DNA of 64,000 nucleotides from Okamejei kenojei (Eukaryota). Within the stretch, counting starts at the first letter, position 1. Each line of letters starts with the position of its first letter. The stretch spans positions 52,142,001-52,206,000 of the forward strand of contig CM069140.1 in NCBI GenBank assembly GCA_035221665.1, in the 5' to 3' direction. Position numbers and translations under genes: made by a program. The notes beneath the pieces are model-generated. The model was not told the DNA's origin. It worked only from the letters and a program-made list of their open reading frames with translations, and searched no databases. Below, one piece after another: positions 38,384 to 50,925 of this stretch.

Positions 38384-39008
38384 CTAACCTAGTTCCTCTA
38401 ACCTCCTCCAACCTCATCTACTGTATCCGGTGCTCCAAGTGTGGGCTCCTATATCGGCGAGACCAAGTGTAGATTTGACAATTGTCTCGCAATATCTCCC
38501 TGTTGCCAAACATTTTAACTCCCCTTCCCATTCCCACACTGACCTTTCTGTTCTGGGCCTCCTCCACTGTCAGATGGAGCCCACGTGCAAATTGGTGCAA
38601 CAGCACCTCATATTTCACTTGGGCAGCTTACAAACCTGAGGCATGAACATTGATTTATCGAATTTCAAGTAACTCCTGCAATCCTTCCCCCCTTCCCCAC
38701 CCTAGTCATTGTACAAGCTCTATTGTTTGCCTCCTTGTATCCCTATTGTTATCACATCTACTCCAACCAACAGTGAGCCATTGTGGACTCCACCCTTCCT
38801 GAGGTCATCTGTTACTGGCCCTGTTTTGTTCTAGCCTTCTCTATTTTAAAGCTTTTCACTGTACCTCGGTACAAGTGACACTAAACTAAACTTAATCTTT
38901 CAGTCTGAAGAAGGGTTCCACCCCACAATGTCACCTATTCCTTTTCTCCAGAGATGCTGCCTGACCCGCTGATTTACTCCAGCATTTTGTGTCTAACCTA
39001 GTTCCTCT
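38384..39008 (+). mobile_element. 5'-truncated Penelope-like element: GIY-YIG endonuclease fragment plus terminal repeat, 16-bp TSD
   Basis: Frameshift-corrected TSSNLIYCIRCSKCGLL(Y)IGETKCR...LPVAKHFNSPSH...QHLIFHLGSLQ..GMN. Terminal repeat at 38900-38995. ctaacctagttcctct at 38384-38399 and 38993-39008. Confidence 0.88.
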
Positions 39009-39841
39009 TCTGATTATAATCTTGTGAGGTAGGTGAGGCAGTTTTGAACATGGCATTTTAAAGGGGATATGAGGCCAGGTGGATTGCTCTTGCATATAGA
39101 GCTGGAACACAATGGGTAAAATACTTTCTTCAGTGCTGTAATTTTTAATGAATCTGTAATTTGGTGGGTACGTCCAAAGAGTTCCACAGTTCTTGAAATC
39201 AGATTTACACAAGGAATTTATGTTTTTTGGGGACACATGAAAAGGACTTTGAATTTTCTTTTTGAGGACAACCCAGTTTTATTTTTCATGATGTAAACAA
39301 AATGTATATGGCACTTGTATCTAAATATCACAAGATGCCTCGGTAAAGTGCAATCAACTCTGAGCCTAATTGAGTTATTAGGTAGTGATTAAAAAAAATT
39401 GGCTGCAGTGTGGATTTGAGAAAGGTATTGAAGGTAGAGGGGAAAGAGAGGGGGGAGAGGAGAAGGACTGTGATATCAGATAAATAATTGCAGAGCCCAG
39501 GGTCCATATGGCTCAAGGCAAGTTTGTCAATAAGTAGGAAATAGCGTTTTAATTCCAGATTTGGAGGATGTCAAAATTTCAAAAATAAGGCTTCACCTTG
39601 CACAGTGCAATACATATAAGTATGTTCTAACATAATATTTCTCTTTTTGAAAGACAGCACATATTTCACAAAAAGAGTCAGAGGCTGAGAAATAGAACAA
39701 AACAAATGACGTGGATAAAGTAAGGTTTTAATGCTCTCTGGTTTGGTCTTAACTGGGAAAATCTGAATTTCATTAAATCGACTTTAAAGATTGCCAGATA
39801 AATGGACTTCAGCCCAATATGTGACTGAACTGATTATATTA

Positions 39842-39991
39842 GATGCTGAGTGTTTAAGAAAGAACTGCAGATGCTGGAAAAATAGAAGGTAGACAAAAAT
39901 GCTGGAGAAACTCAGCAGGTGAGGCAGCATCTATGGAGCGAAGGAATAGGTAACGTTTTGGGTCGAGACCCTTCTTCAGACTGATGCTGAG
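39842..39991 (-). mobile_element. Penelope-like terminal repeat copy with 9-bp TSD
   Basis: gatgctgag at 39842-39850 and 39983-39991. Confidence 0.85.
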
Positions 39992-40202
39992 GTCAGTCAC
40001 AGAGAAAGAGTTGCACAAAGACACAGATGCTGTGATACTTCAAGGAAAAAAATGAATTTAAAAAAAAATGTTGTAGGTGAAATAAACCCCGGTGTGAAAG
40101 TTATCTATTTTGTGTTTACTTTTTAAGATAACCTTCCACCTTCTTTTCAAAAATCTATCTATCTCTGCCTTAACAAAATTCAAAGGCTCTGCTTCCTCCA
40201 TT

Positions 40203-40530
40203 TAGAGTCAGTGTTTTACAGCACAGAAATGGGTCCTTTGGCTAATTGCGTCCATGCTAACCATTTTGCCTACCTACACTAATCCATTAAACATTGTAAT
40301 TGCATCTTATTCTACCAACTCTGACAGAATATTTCAGTTATCAACTACTCTGTGTGAATTTTTTTTTTTTTTTGCCAGACCTTAAAATAAACATTCCCGA
40401 TTTTGATATCCTGATCACTGGAAAAAGATTTTGACATTCGCCTTATGCCTCTATTAATCTTATATATTTTCATCGGGTCACCCCTCAGTTCTCTTCGTTC
40501 TAGGATAAACAGGCCAAGCCTATCCAATGA
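40203..40530 (-). mobile_element. CR1 3' end, degraded
   Basis: DRLGLFILERRELRGDPMKIYKINRG on the minus strand. Confidence 0.75.
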
Positions 40531-40549
40531 GAACGAGTTCCAAAGACAT

Positions 40550-40846
40550 TCACGGTGGCACAGCGGTAAAGTTGCTGCCTTCCAGCGAATGCAGCGCCAG
40601 ACACCCGTGTTCGATACCGACTACGGGTGCAGTCTGTATGGAGTTTGTATGTTCTCCCGTGACCTGCGTGGGTTTTCTCCGAGATCTTCGGTTTCCTCCC
40701 ACACTCTAAAGACGTACAGGTTTGTAGGTTGGTAAATGTAAAAATTGTCCTTCGTCGTTGTAGGATAGTGTTAATGTGCGGTGATGGCCGGTCGGCGCAG
40801 ACCCGGTGGGCCGAAGGGCCTGTTTCCGCGCTGTATCTCTAAACTA
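40550..40846 (+). mobile_element. HE1/V-SINE-like SINE, relatively young (CpG-rich)
   Basis: cacggtggcacagcggtaaagttgctgcc head, gttcgatacc B box, central domain, tail gggccgaagggcctgtttccgcgctgtatctctaaactaa. Confidence 0.85.
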
Positions 40847-41009
40847 AGGACCCAGAGAAGAAGAATTTCACCTAATTTCTGTGTTAAGTGGGTGGGCTCT
40901 TACCTTTAAACAGTTATTTCTTGTTCTAGATTTTCCCACAAATGGAAATGTCCTCCCCATATTCATTATGTCAACAATTCTCAGAAGCTTGTCTGTTTCA
41001 GTGAAGTTG

Positions 41010-42347
41010 CAGTGTCCTCCATAATGTTTGGAACAAAGACTCGTCATTTTTTTATTTGCCTCTGTACTGCACAATTTGAGATTTGTAATAGAAAAAATCA
41101 ACATGAGGACCAAAGTTGTGTCAATGAAAGTCAAATAAGCCATTATGAGACTGAGAAACAAGAATAAAACTGTAAGAGACATTAGCCAAACCTTAGGCTT
41201 ACAAAATCAACTGTTTGGAACATCATTAAGAAGAAAGTGAGCACTGGCGAGCTTACTAATCGCAAAGGGACTGGCAGGCCAAGAAAGACCTCCACATCTG
41301 ATGATAGAAGAATTCTCTCTATAATAAAAAAAAATCCCCAAACACCTGTCCAACAGATCAGAAACACTCTTCAGGTGTGGATTTGTCAATGACCACTGTC
41401 CGCAGAAGACTTCATGAACAGAAATACAGAGGCTACACTGCAAGATGCAAACCACTGGTTAGCCGCAGAAATAAGATGGCCAGGTTACAGTTTGCCATGA
41501 AATATGTAAAAGAGCAACCACGGTTCTGGAAAAAGGTCTTGTAGACAGATGAGACAAAGATGAACTTATATCAGAGTGATGGCAAGAGCAAAGTATGGAG
41601 GAGAGAAGGAACTGCCCAAGATCCAAAGCATACCACCTCATCTGTGAAATACAGTGGTGGGGGTGTTATGGCCTAGGCATGTATGGCTGCTGAAGGTACT
41701 GGCTCACTTATCTTCATTGATGATACAGCTGCTGATGGTGGTAGCATAATGAATTCTGAAGTGTATAGACCCATCCTATCAAGTTCAAACAAATGCCTCA
41801 AACTCATTGGCCTCATGTCTGCTAAAGCAACAAAGGAGTTTTTCAAAGCTAGAAAATGGTCAATTCTTGAGTGGACAAGTCAATCACCCGATCTGAACTC
41901 AATTGAGCATGCATTTTATATGCTGAAGAGAAAACTGAAGGGGAATAACTCCCAAAACAAGCATAAGCTAATAGTTGGCTGCAATACAGGCCTGGCAGAG
42001 CATCACCAGAGAAGATACCCAGCAACTGGTGCTGTCCATGAATTGTAGACTTTAAGCAGACTTGCATGCAAAGGATATGCAACAAAATACTAAACATGAC
42101 TACTTTCATTTACATGACATTGCTTTGTCCCAAACATTATGGTGCCCTGAAATGGGGGACTATGTATAAACACTGCTGAAATTTCTATTTGGTGAAACCA
42201 AAATGGATAAAAATTGCCTTTGTTCAAATCTGACAATGTGCACTTAAACCACATGTAATTTTTTCTATTACAATTCTCAAATTGTGGAATACTGAGGCAA
42301 ATAAATAAATTGATGGGTCTTTGTGCCAAACATTATGGGGTGCACTG
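41010..42347 (+). mobile_element. Tc1-like DNA transposon (IR/DR type) with pseudogenised transposase
   Basis: TIRs cagtgtcctccataatgtttggaacaaagac... / ...gtctttgtgccaaacattatggggtgcactg followed by TA. Transposase remnant from ATG 41103: MRTKVVS..KSTVWNIIKK..GRPRKT..TDETK..SVKYSGGGVM..SQSPDLNSIEH, with stops and frameshifts. Confidence 0.92.
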
Positions 42348-43552
42348 TACCTCTCAATCTTCTAAACTGGAGCTGATTTAACCCTCGCTGGATAGTACGC
42401 CAAATACAGCTGTTCACTGAATTGCTTCCAGAAGATTGGTGTTATCAATGCCCTTTACAATTGAAGCATAATCTCCCTAATTTTATATTTAATTCTGATT
42501 TCAAATTGAATAATATTCTGTTAGCATCCCTAAAAACCTTCTATACCTTCATGCTAGCATGATTTTTGATTTGAACATCTGAACATGGAGGTCCTTCTGC
42601 ATTGCAGCCACTCAGTATATAGATAATGGGTTTTTTTCCTGCTAAAATAGACAATTTTCTATTTTCCCACGTTACACTCCATTTGCTAGATCTTTGACCA
42701 TTCAATTAACTTATTTACATCCCTTTGTAGTCTCCTTGTGTGTTCTTTATTTTCCTGCTAGTCAACAATGTTTCTTCAGCTGCTGGTATTACCTCAGCCC
42801 TTAATCCTTAAGCTCAAACGTTCATATCAGTTGGCAGTTTTGTTCTGTTGAGATCTGTTGTGTTTCTCTTTCCTTGCATTCTTTGATAGTGAGGTTGTAT
42901 TATAGATTCAGGATCTACAATAACTTGGGTTTTCAAGGAAATATTTAAAACTGCAACATCTGAGACTGTTGTTTCTTGACACGTGCTTTCAGACTTGCTG
43001 CCAGTCTTCAGCCTTTTCTGTAGCTGTTTCAGAGTTTCACCCTCTGTCGTGTTCTGATTTTTGACAGCATTGTCCAATTAACAATGTTAACCTTACTGAG
43101 ACTTACGATGAGAACAAAATATAATATTTTCACTTCACAATTCAAATGCATTCTCGATTTCAATATTCCTTGATCGTTATACTGGAAATAACTTGTCAGC
43201 AATCGGGGAATAATCCAAATTCATCTTGAAATATTGGCAAGCAGTTTCCCTTTTCTTCCTGATTTCGTTTTTGACTTTAGATTTCTTTTGACAAGATTTC
43301 CACAGCAATTAATTGACTTTAAGGATCAGGTGAAATTTATCTTCTGACCTTCCATTCTGCCACTAAAGACAATGATTTGTGTGAAAATTATATAACAAAA
43401 TTCAAGTTTACAGTATTAATAAGTGTGAAGCACCGAAATAGCAATTTTGTGCGGTGTTGGTGTTAGGGTGGAGTTTCGCTTCTGCATTAACAAAGAGTAA
43501 TGATCGAGATATTCACAACATTCTGAGTAGGCACAACTGGAATAAAATGGTA

Positions 43553-43980
43553 TAAAAAGGAACCGTAGATGCTGATTAATACTCAGCGCGACCAAGCGTA
43601 GACTCTGACCGTTTCGCTGAACACTTGCACTTGGTCCACATAGACCTACTGGATTTCCTAGTTGCTAAACGCTTTAAATCCCCTTCCCATTACACCACTG
43701 ACTTTTCGTCCTGGATTTGCTCCATTGCCAGAGTGAGGTCACGCGCAAATTGGAGGAACAGCTCCTCATGTTTCGCTTGGGTGCCTTATAACCCAGCAGT
43801 AAAGAACATTAAATTATTCAATTTTAGGTAACCTCTATAAACACTTCCCACCCACCCCCATCACTTCCTCCACTAAAAGTCGGTTAACCAGTTCCACAGT
43901 TTGCGATGATGTATTCCGCTTGGGATCACCCAATCCCTAGCCTGACCGGCTGAGTTGCTCCAGCATTTTGTGTCTATTTT
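43553..43980 (+). mobile_element. Second Penelope-like GIY-YIG fragment with inverted 5' piece and terminal-repeat remnant
   Basis: TKRRL.DRFAEHL...VAKRFKSPSH...KLEEQ.LMFRLG.L.P is homologous to 38400-38670. Degraded flanking repeat tggaata(aa/c)atggt. Confidence 0.75.
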
Positions 43981-44149
43981 TGGAATACATGGTGGTCCTT
44001 GGAATATCAGTGGAATCACCATCTACTCACGGCTCAGACTCCTTTCTCATAGGATTATAGTGTAAACTTTGAAAAAGTGATTTGCCTTTCTGAAACACTT
44101 AACATCAAATACATTAAGTCAAATGGCATCTCATAATTTGACAATCTGT

Positions 44150-44548
44150 TTAGAGTCATAGAGTTCTACAGTGTGAAAACGGGCCCTTTGGCCCAACCTT
44201 CCCACGTCGACCAACATATCCCATCTACACTAGTCTCACCTACCTGCCTCAACTACCTCCTCCGGCAACTCATTCCATATGCCTACCATTCTTTGGGTAG
44301 AACAAAAAGTTGCCCCATAGATTCCTGTTAAATCTGTCCCCCCTCACCTTAAATCTATGTCGCCTGGTTCTCTATTCCCCTAATCCAGTAAAAGACTAAA
44401 TAGCATTTACCCTATCTATTCTCATGATATTATACATTTCTATACGATCGCCCCTCATCCTCCTGCTCTCCAACGACTAAAGTCCTACCCCGCTAACCTT
44501 TCCCTATAGCTCAGGCCCTCAAGTCCTGTCATCATCCTTGTAAACTTT
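44150..44548 (-). mobile_element. CR1 3' end
   Basis: KFTRMMTGLEGLSYRERL on the minus strand. Tail agagtcatagag at 44152. Confidence 0.8.
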
Positions 44549-45844
44549 TTTCTTGACTGAAGAATGCAGTGAAGATTTAATGGCATTGAATACTTTACAC
44601 AACCACACACCATTTGTAATAACCTACATAGAATCAGTGTAGTGTTAATTAATTGTAACATTTCCTCTCTTGATGAGGAGTGTACATTCATTCCTGGAAA
44701 GGCTCTCTGCTTTTTCAACCAAGCAATAAAGGGGATTAAATTGTCAACATATTTACTGAAAAATCAGAATATGAACAAAATGTTAAATTTTGTTTTATAG
44801 TGCTCTAACTTGTTGTTTGTTAAACTGGCAGTATGCTGGGAATCCCACCGTTTCAATTGTATTAGGTTGTATACCACGAATGACCTTAGAGATGCATGTT
44901 ATCAATTTCACTACGCTAATTGGTAAATTACAGCAACGTTAATATGGTATTTGTAATTTAATCATATGTCTTTGGGTTTCGCAAACTTCCGGAATCTTAT
45001 CACTATTTAAAGGGGTACTGCAAATGTGCAATATTTAGCAAGAAAATAATAGTGATTGATGTTGCTGCAGATTTACCAATGAAATATGCCAAAAAGCATT
45101 GACATCTCAGCTGCTTTCTTACCTGCTTGTGTGAAAGGTTTTCTTCACAGAAGTTGTGCCAAAACGAAATTTGACACATTTGGAGATTTGTGTATTTGAT
45201 TGTTATCCTGGAGCTCTGATGTATCAGATTAGCATGAGTACCGTTTACGCTGTGTCACTTGGGGGCCTCTGGTAAAGACTTGGGTGACTGGGAACCCACA
45301 CCGCAGCAGTAGCACTGGGAGGAGCAGTTCCAGCATTAGTGGAAATAGGAGCCTAATGGGCAGCATTAGTCAGAGAAGCAGGAGTCTGATCTACACAGAT
45401 TTACTACCCCATAGGAGAGAGGATCAGGAGAATGCAGTACCCAGGAGGTTTTACCTACCACACGAGGTCTACTGGCAGAGGATACACTCCTATGACAAGT
45501 TATAACAAAAGTATTTCAAGAGTCTTATGGCCGCGTAACAGATGGAGGCTCAGCCTTTAAGCATCAGGGCTCCACTTTGCCAATTCCCTTTGCTGAATTC
45601 CCAGCACAAAATCCGTATGTTGCATTTTAGAGTGTGCCTTCAAATACTGGAATTGAATTATAGGAGTTGACCGCACGTGGACTGTCACCCTGTCAGTTCA
45701 GGTAATTGGCCAGGAAATCTGAAAATCATATGGCAATGCAGCAACTGGATTTAAAAAGACAATGTCATTTGTGTTGTATTTACTTCCCTCACTCCAGTGT
45801 AAGCAGTCTCTCTGTCAGCAAATTAGTAACTTTACACCTAATTT

Positions 45845-46195
45845 GGTTTTGTTTATTGTACCGAGGTACAGTGAAATGCTTTTGTTACGTGTTAACCAGT
45901 CAGCGGAAAGACAATACATGATTACAATCAAGCTGAAGATAGACACAAAAAACTGGAGTAACTCAGCGGGGACAGGCAGCATCTCTGGAGAGAAGGAATG
46001 GGTGACGTTTTGGGTCAAGACCCTTCCATTTACAGTGTACAGATACATGATAAGGGAATAACATTTAGTGCAAGATAAAGCCAGTAAAGTCCGATCGAAT
46101 ATAGTTCGAGGGTCTCCAATGAGGTAGATAGTAGTTCAAGACTGCTATCTAGTTGTGGTAGGATGGTTCATTTGCTTGATAACGGCTGGGAAGTT
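45845..46195 (-). mobile_element. Rex1-type 3' end with nested Penelope-type repeat (~45935-46027)
   Basis: Minus-strand FPAVIKQMN terminus and a gtacaataaacaaaac tail. The nested repeat matches the family consensus. Confidence 0.6.
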
Positions 46196-46259
46196 ATAAG
46201 GATGGATTTTAAATCTATTATAATCTTGGTAGGAATCCGAGAGTGGTGTTGGAGCAAAC

Positions 46260-47133
46260 AAAGACACAAATTGCTGGATTAACTCAGCGGCTCAAGCAGT
46301 ATATCTGGAGGACATGGAAAGGTGTCAATTTGAGTCGAGACCCTTATTTAGACTTTGACCCTTCTTTGACCCTTTGGGTCCCGACTTAACAACTTCAACA
46401 AGACAATGTAATTTGTGTTGTATCTACTTCCCAGTGCAAGCAGATTCTTTCTCAGCAAATGAAGAACTTTACATCTAATTATCAGGGTGGGTTTATATCT
46501 GTTGACTGATATCTATAAAATCAAGGCCCATCAATGATTAGCTACTGGGTGGGGTATTACTTGACTCTTAAAATGCCATCTTCCATTGATTTATGAGATT
46601 ACCTGCATGCTAAACGGATTTATATTGTTGAAGTTATAAATTTGTTTTGACTGTAGCATTATATAATCCATTCACTTAGCTATCATATCAACTTGCTATC
46701 CAATCATCAAGTCTGAACAAGTGTCCCGACCCAAAACATTGCCTATCCATGTTCACCAGGGATGCTGCCTAACCTGCTAAATTACTCCAGCACTTTGAAT
46801 GGTTTTTTGTAAACCAGCACCTGCGATTCCTTGTTTCTACTGATCAAAAACTTAAGTACTTCACTAATTACTACAGTAAAATAATCCTAAATTTAGGTAA
46901 AGTAAGTTAATGGCAATTTTAGTTTGGTTTAAGGAATGTATTCATTGACATTTTAATGTAATGTGCACTTTGTAGGCAAATTAAGTCAATATTACCAGCC
47001 ATTACTTTTTCCTAATCTATTTGACACTCCGACCCAAATAGGTGGTGAAGGGTTTCGACCCGAAACGTTGCCTATCTCCTTCACTCCTTAGATGCTGCTG
47101 CACCCGCTGAGTTTCTCCAGCTTTTTGTGTACC
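46260..47133. mobile_element. Cluster of three Penelope-type terminal repeat copies (~46260-46353 -, ~46710-46840 +, ~47045-47133 +)
   Basis: Each carries the gaccc(g/a)aaac...gatgctgc...ctgag..tccagc motif. Confidence 0.75.
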
Positions 47134-47826
47134 CCCAGTTAATAGCAGACTTTGCTTTAAGAAACAAAAAAAGTAGTGGGGTGTGCAAGCCTTGGATTCC
47201 AGATTTGCTTTTAATTACTGCATTGCTGGAGGGAAAGGTTGCACTACTGCTTGAAGCTTGGATCTGCTGCCATCTGTTTAGAAGATATATGGGCTTAGTG
47301 GGCAATGCAGGCAAATGGGACTAGCTTAGTTGCCAATGTGGTCAGCATAAACAAGAGCCAGTTTCTGTGCTCTCTAACTCTACGACTGTGACCCCTCAAA
47401 AACATAACATTAGTTTTCTGACCTTGCAGATGAGCACTTCATCTCCAATCTCTCTTTCCTCAACTGAGCTATTGCCTCCCAAAGTAATGTCCATCATATC
47501 CAACATTCTTTGTGGAAATCAATCCAATGAATTCTGCTCCATTTTGATATGTTGTCACATCAGCCAACATTTTAATTTGAGAGCTTGGCCAAGTAACCTA
47601 CCCCATGATCTTGGGAAAATTCTGGAATTTTTTTCTATGTCAAGGGTGCTCTAAAATTGTAGGTTGTTAATGTTTGCTCCTGTTTTAACTAAAAAATGTT
47701 GGATTATAAAAGCTGCTGAAATGGCTGCAAGGGCATTCTGAAGTGAATAGAGTTTGAAAGCCCCAGCTTATTGAATAATGGCCCTTTAATTTGTTAATGT
47801 AAGGAAAAATGAATTAAATAAAACAG

Positions 47827-48031
47827 TTGTACAATATTGTAGGTACACAAAAGGCTGGAGAAACTCAGCGGATGCAGCAGCATCTAAGGAGCGAAGGAGA
47901 TAGGCGACGTTTCAGGTCGAGACCCTTCTTGTAAACATGCTTCTGCTGCACCCACTGAGTTTCTCCAGCCTTTTGTGTACCCTCGATTCTCCAGCATCTG
48001 CAGTTGCTTCTTTAACATTTTGTACAATATT
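47827..48031. mobile_element. Fold-back Penelope-type repeat (subfamily B) with 12-bp TSD
   Basis: ttgtacaatatt at 47827-47838 and 48020-48031. Inverted arms tacacaaaaggctggagaaactcag / ctgagtttctccagccttttgtgta. Confidence 0.85.
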
Positions 48032-48975
48032 ATAAATAGGTGCAAAGTGCAACTTGACTGTGATTGGGTTTCTTTTTTTGGCCAAGTCCTTCCGCCACTC
48101 ATATTGCTGAATATGACAAAAAATATTGTAGATTATCCTCTAGTGCTGAGCTATTGGCAGACCCAGTTTCTAGGGAGAATGACTTAGTTTTTGACGGTAT
48201 CTTTCTTGTGCTCGATTCTTGGTAGCTAATTACACACATATTGCAGGTAGCCCTGCCATCATCACTTCATTCTGCCTTGGTACTTTCTTTATGTTAGTAT
48301 GGAATTCATATTAAAATTACCTTGAAAAGAATATCTTCCAGTTAGTCTAGTTTACATGTTTTGCACCTGTAATATTTAAAAAAAAATCAAGATCAGGGTT
48401 ATTTTTGCTGAACTGCGAGTATTTTATATCTTGGAGACCAAAATTAAATTTTCATCAATGTCATAACTGATCTTGGTTATAAAATTTGGCGAAATCTATG
48501 CATTTTTGAACACCATGTCAATGCATTCTACTGTATTACTAATAAACAGTATTGTATTTTCTTTCTCTCTCGCTGTTTTCTAGTACAGTGACACAGACTG
48601 TTGTCCCCACTCCCTCTCTTTATGAGCCATGCTGGATGGACCTAGGCTGAGAAATTTGACAGGACAGCAATTATAAGCATACAACCAAATTGTGCAAATA
48701 TGTTTTCCTATTAATATTTAAGCTTCTAATTGAGGGATTTGACAAGTTTATCTAGCTCCATACTTTACTCCTTTCTCGTTTGTTTTCAACTGCTGCGGCA
48801 AATATTTGTTCTAACAGTTTGGTGAATGCGCTTCTCGATCTGCATAAATAAGTTGTCAGCTAGTTGTACTCTAATGCTAAGCATAATTCTGTTCCATCCA
48901 ATTCTATAAGGCATTGTTCATACATAGAAGAAAACTAAATGATCTCAGTAATAATTTTGTGTGTTTTGTTAACAG

Positions 48976-49256
48976 ATAATATCTGGAGAATGCTACCGGA
49001 TCCATTACATGAAGGAGCGTTCCAAGTCCTTTATACGCAATCCATATGTAGCTGCTCTGTATAGACAAGTCGGCTGCTTCATCTTTGGCTGTGCTATCAG
49101 TCAGTCCTTCACTGACATTGCAAAAGTGTCTGTCGGCCGCCTGAGGCCACACTTCCTAGATATTTGCAATCCAAATTTTTCAACCATCAACTGTTCCCTG
49201 GGTTACATTGAGAACTTTGAATGCAGAGGCAATGAAAGCAAAGTTCAGGAAGCAAG
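48976..49256 (+). CDS. PLPP3: PLPP3 exon 3 (contains PAP2 catalytic motif C1, KxxxxxxRP)
   Basis: Acceptor ttttgttaacAG and donor GTAGGA at 49257. Length 281 nt, phase 0->2: [94 protein letters not shown]. Confidence 0.96.
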
Positions 49257-50087
49257 GTAGGATTTTCTTTTTTGCCTGACAATATATGAAATAGGTCGAC
49301 AAATCATGTCTCCTCTTAAAATTGCCAAACACTCCTTTCATTAGTTATGATACAATTTTATTAAAAAGTGATGTATTTTTATGTAAAGCAAGGCATACAA
49401 TTTCAAAATGTTATAAAACACTGCCGATTACAAGGCGCAGTGGAGTCTACTGATTATAATTTATGTTGTTATTGCAAAATGTTCATGTTATATTGATTAA
49501 CAGTTGAATTTCTTAACATTGTTTGCCTTTGTGAAATACTTTATGTGATTTTTGTTAACGTTAAGGCTTCATTGCAATTTTTTAATGTAAATGTGTGACT
49601 CCTGTTTCAATTTCTGATTTAATGAACAAGAACATTCAAAGGGAAACTAAATTTAGTGTGAGTAGATCATATGAATGCTTTCCATAGAATTTCATCCATG
49701 ATGTAAAATGACTGAATATTGCTAAGTCTGTACTGCATACTGGGGCAGAAGAGGCACTTTAGTGTGTAAAACATCATGACACGGGTCCTGTCTCAACATA
49801 TCTGGTGCTTTTTTAGTAATAGAGCCACATAAGCCTGGAATAGAATCATAGAACTCCAGAAAGGTTACAACATTAATACGATAGAACTATAGTATCATAG
49901 AACTTTATTTATCCCAGAAGGGAAATTGAGAAGGCCATTCTGCCCACTAAGTGTATACTAAATCCATGCAAGTTCAGTTCGCTTTCTCACCCTCTTTCCA
50001 TTGCCCTTATCTTTGTTTCCTTTCTAGTATGCATCCAGTTCCTCTTTGAACACCACAACTGTCTCTTAGACTCTGATCACCTCTAAA

Positions 50088-50625
50088 CACAAGAAAATAG
50101 GAGTATGAGTAGGCCACACACCTAAGCCTGTCCTGCCATTTTTTATGATCCTGGCTAACTATGACGGCCTCAATTCTTCTGAGTTAATGCTTATCCCGAA
50201 GTTATGGATTTGACTTTGCCGACTTCCCTCGCTTACATAGTTCTAGAATGCTTGAGGTTGTTCATCTATCAAATATTTATCTATCCCCACGATAAATATA
50301 TGAAATGATCTACCTCCACCGCACGCGGGCAGAGAATTCCAGGCATCCACAACCCCCTGAGAGAAGACATTTCTGCGCATCTTGGATTTAAATAACTGCC
50401 CCCTATCTTGTACTTGTGATCTCTTGTTCATGACTCTTCCACTAATGGAAACAAATCAACATCTACCCTGCAGGCTCTTTTGAAATCATGTATGTTTTAA
50501 TAAGATCATTCCTCGTCCTTCTGAAATCCAAAGAATGCAAACTCATGATGTCTAACCTCTCTTGATTAGACAGTTCTCTGAAACCCAGGTTTTAGTCAGG
50601 TGAATCTTCTTTGGCCACCTTCAGT
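50088..50625 (-). mobile_element. CR1 3' end, degraded
   Basis: RGQLFKSKMRRNVFSQGVVDAWNSLP on the minus strand. Confidence 0.75.
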
Positions 50626-50867
50626 GCACTATCTTGAAGTTCCTTTCAAAAAGGCAGATTCTGTTTGTGGGCAACCATAAAGAGAAGGGGAACATTTTTT
50701 TTTTTAACATTGTATCCACAGTGAGACTAATCTAGCTAGGTTGATCTTTGCCGGAGTGAACTTTGAGCTTTTGGGAATTAAAGTTTTGCCATGTTGTGTG
50801 CTTAGCTTATGCCGTATTGCTTAAAAAGGTCTGATCATTAAATAATTATTTTTGTTTTGTTTTCCAG

Positions 50868-50925
50868 GAAGTCGTTCTTTTCAGGACATGCCTCCTTCTC
50901 ATTATATACCATGTTGTATTTGGCA
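50868..50925 (+). CDS. PLPP3: PLPP3 exon 4 (catalytic motif C2, SGH)
   Basis: Acceptor tttgttttccAG and donor GTAAGT at 50926. Length 58 nt, phase 2->0: (R)KSFFSGHASFSLYTMLYLA, in frame with exon 3. Confidence 0.96.

Noticed and set aside
45284-45505. Ser/Arg-rich 73-aa ORF
   Set aside because: It arises from a short low-complexity repeat (cagcagtag/cagcattag) and has no coding support.
24857-50925. Calling the gene PLPP1 because it has two exon-2 variants
   Set aside because: Exons 2B, 3 and 4 carry LPP3-type sequences ([50 protein letters not shown]).
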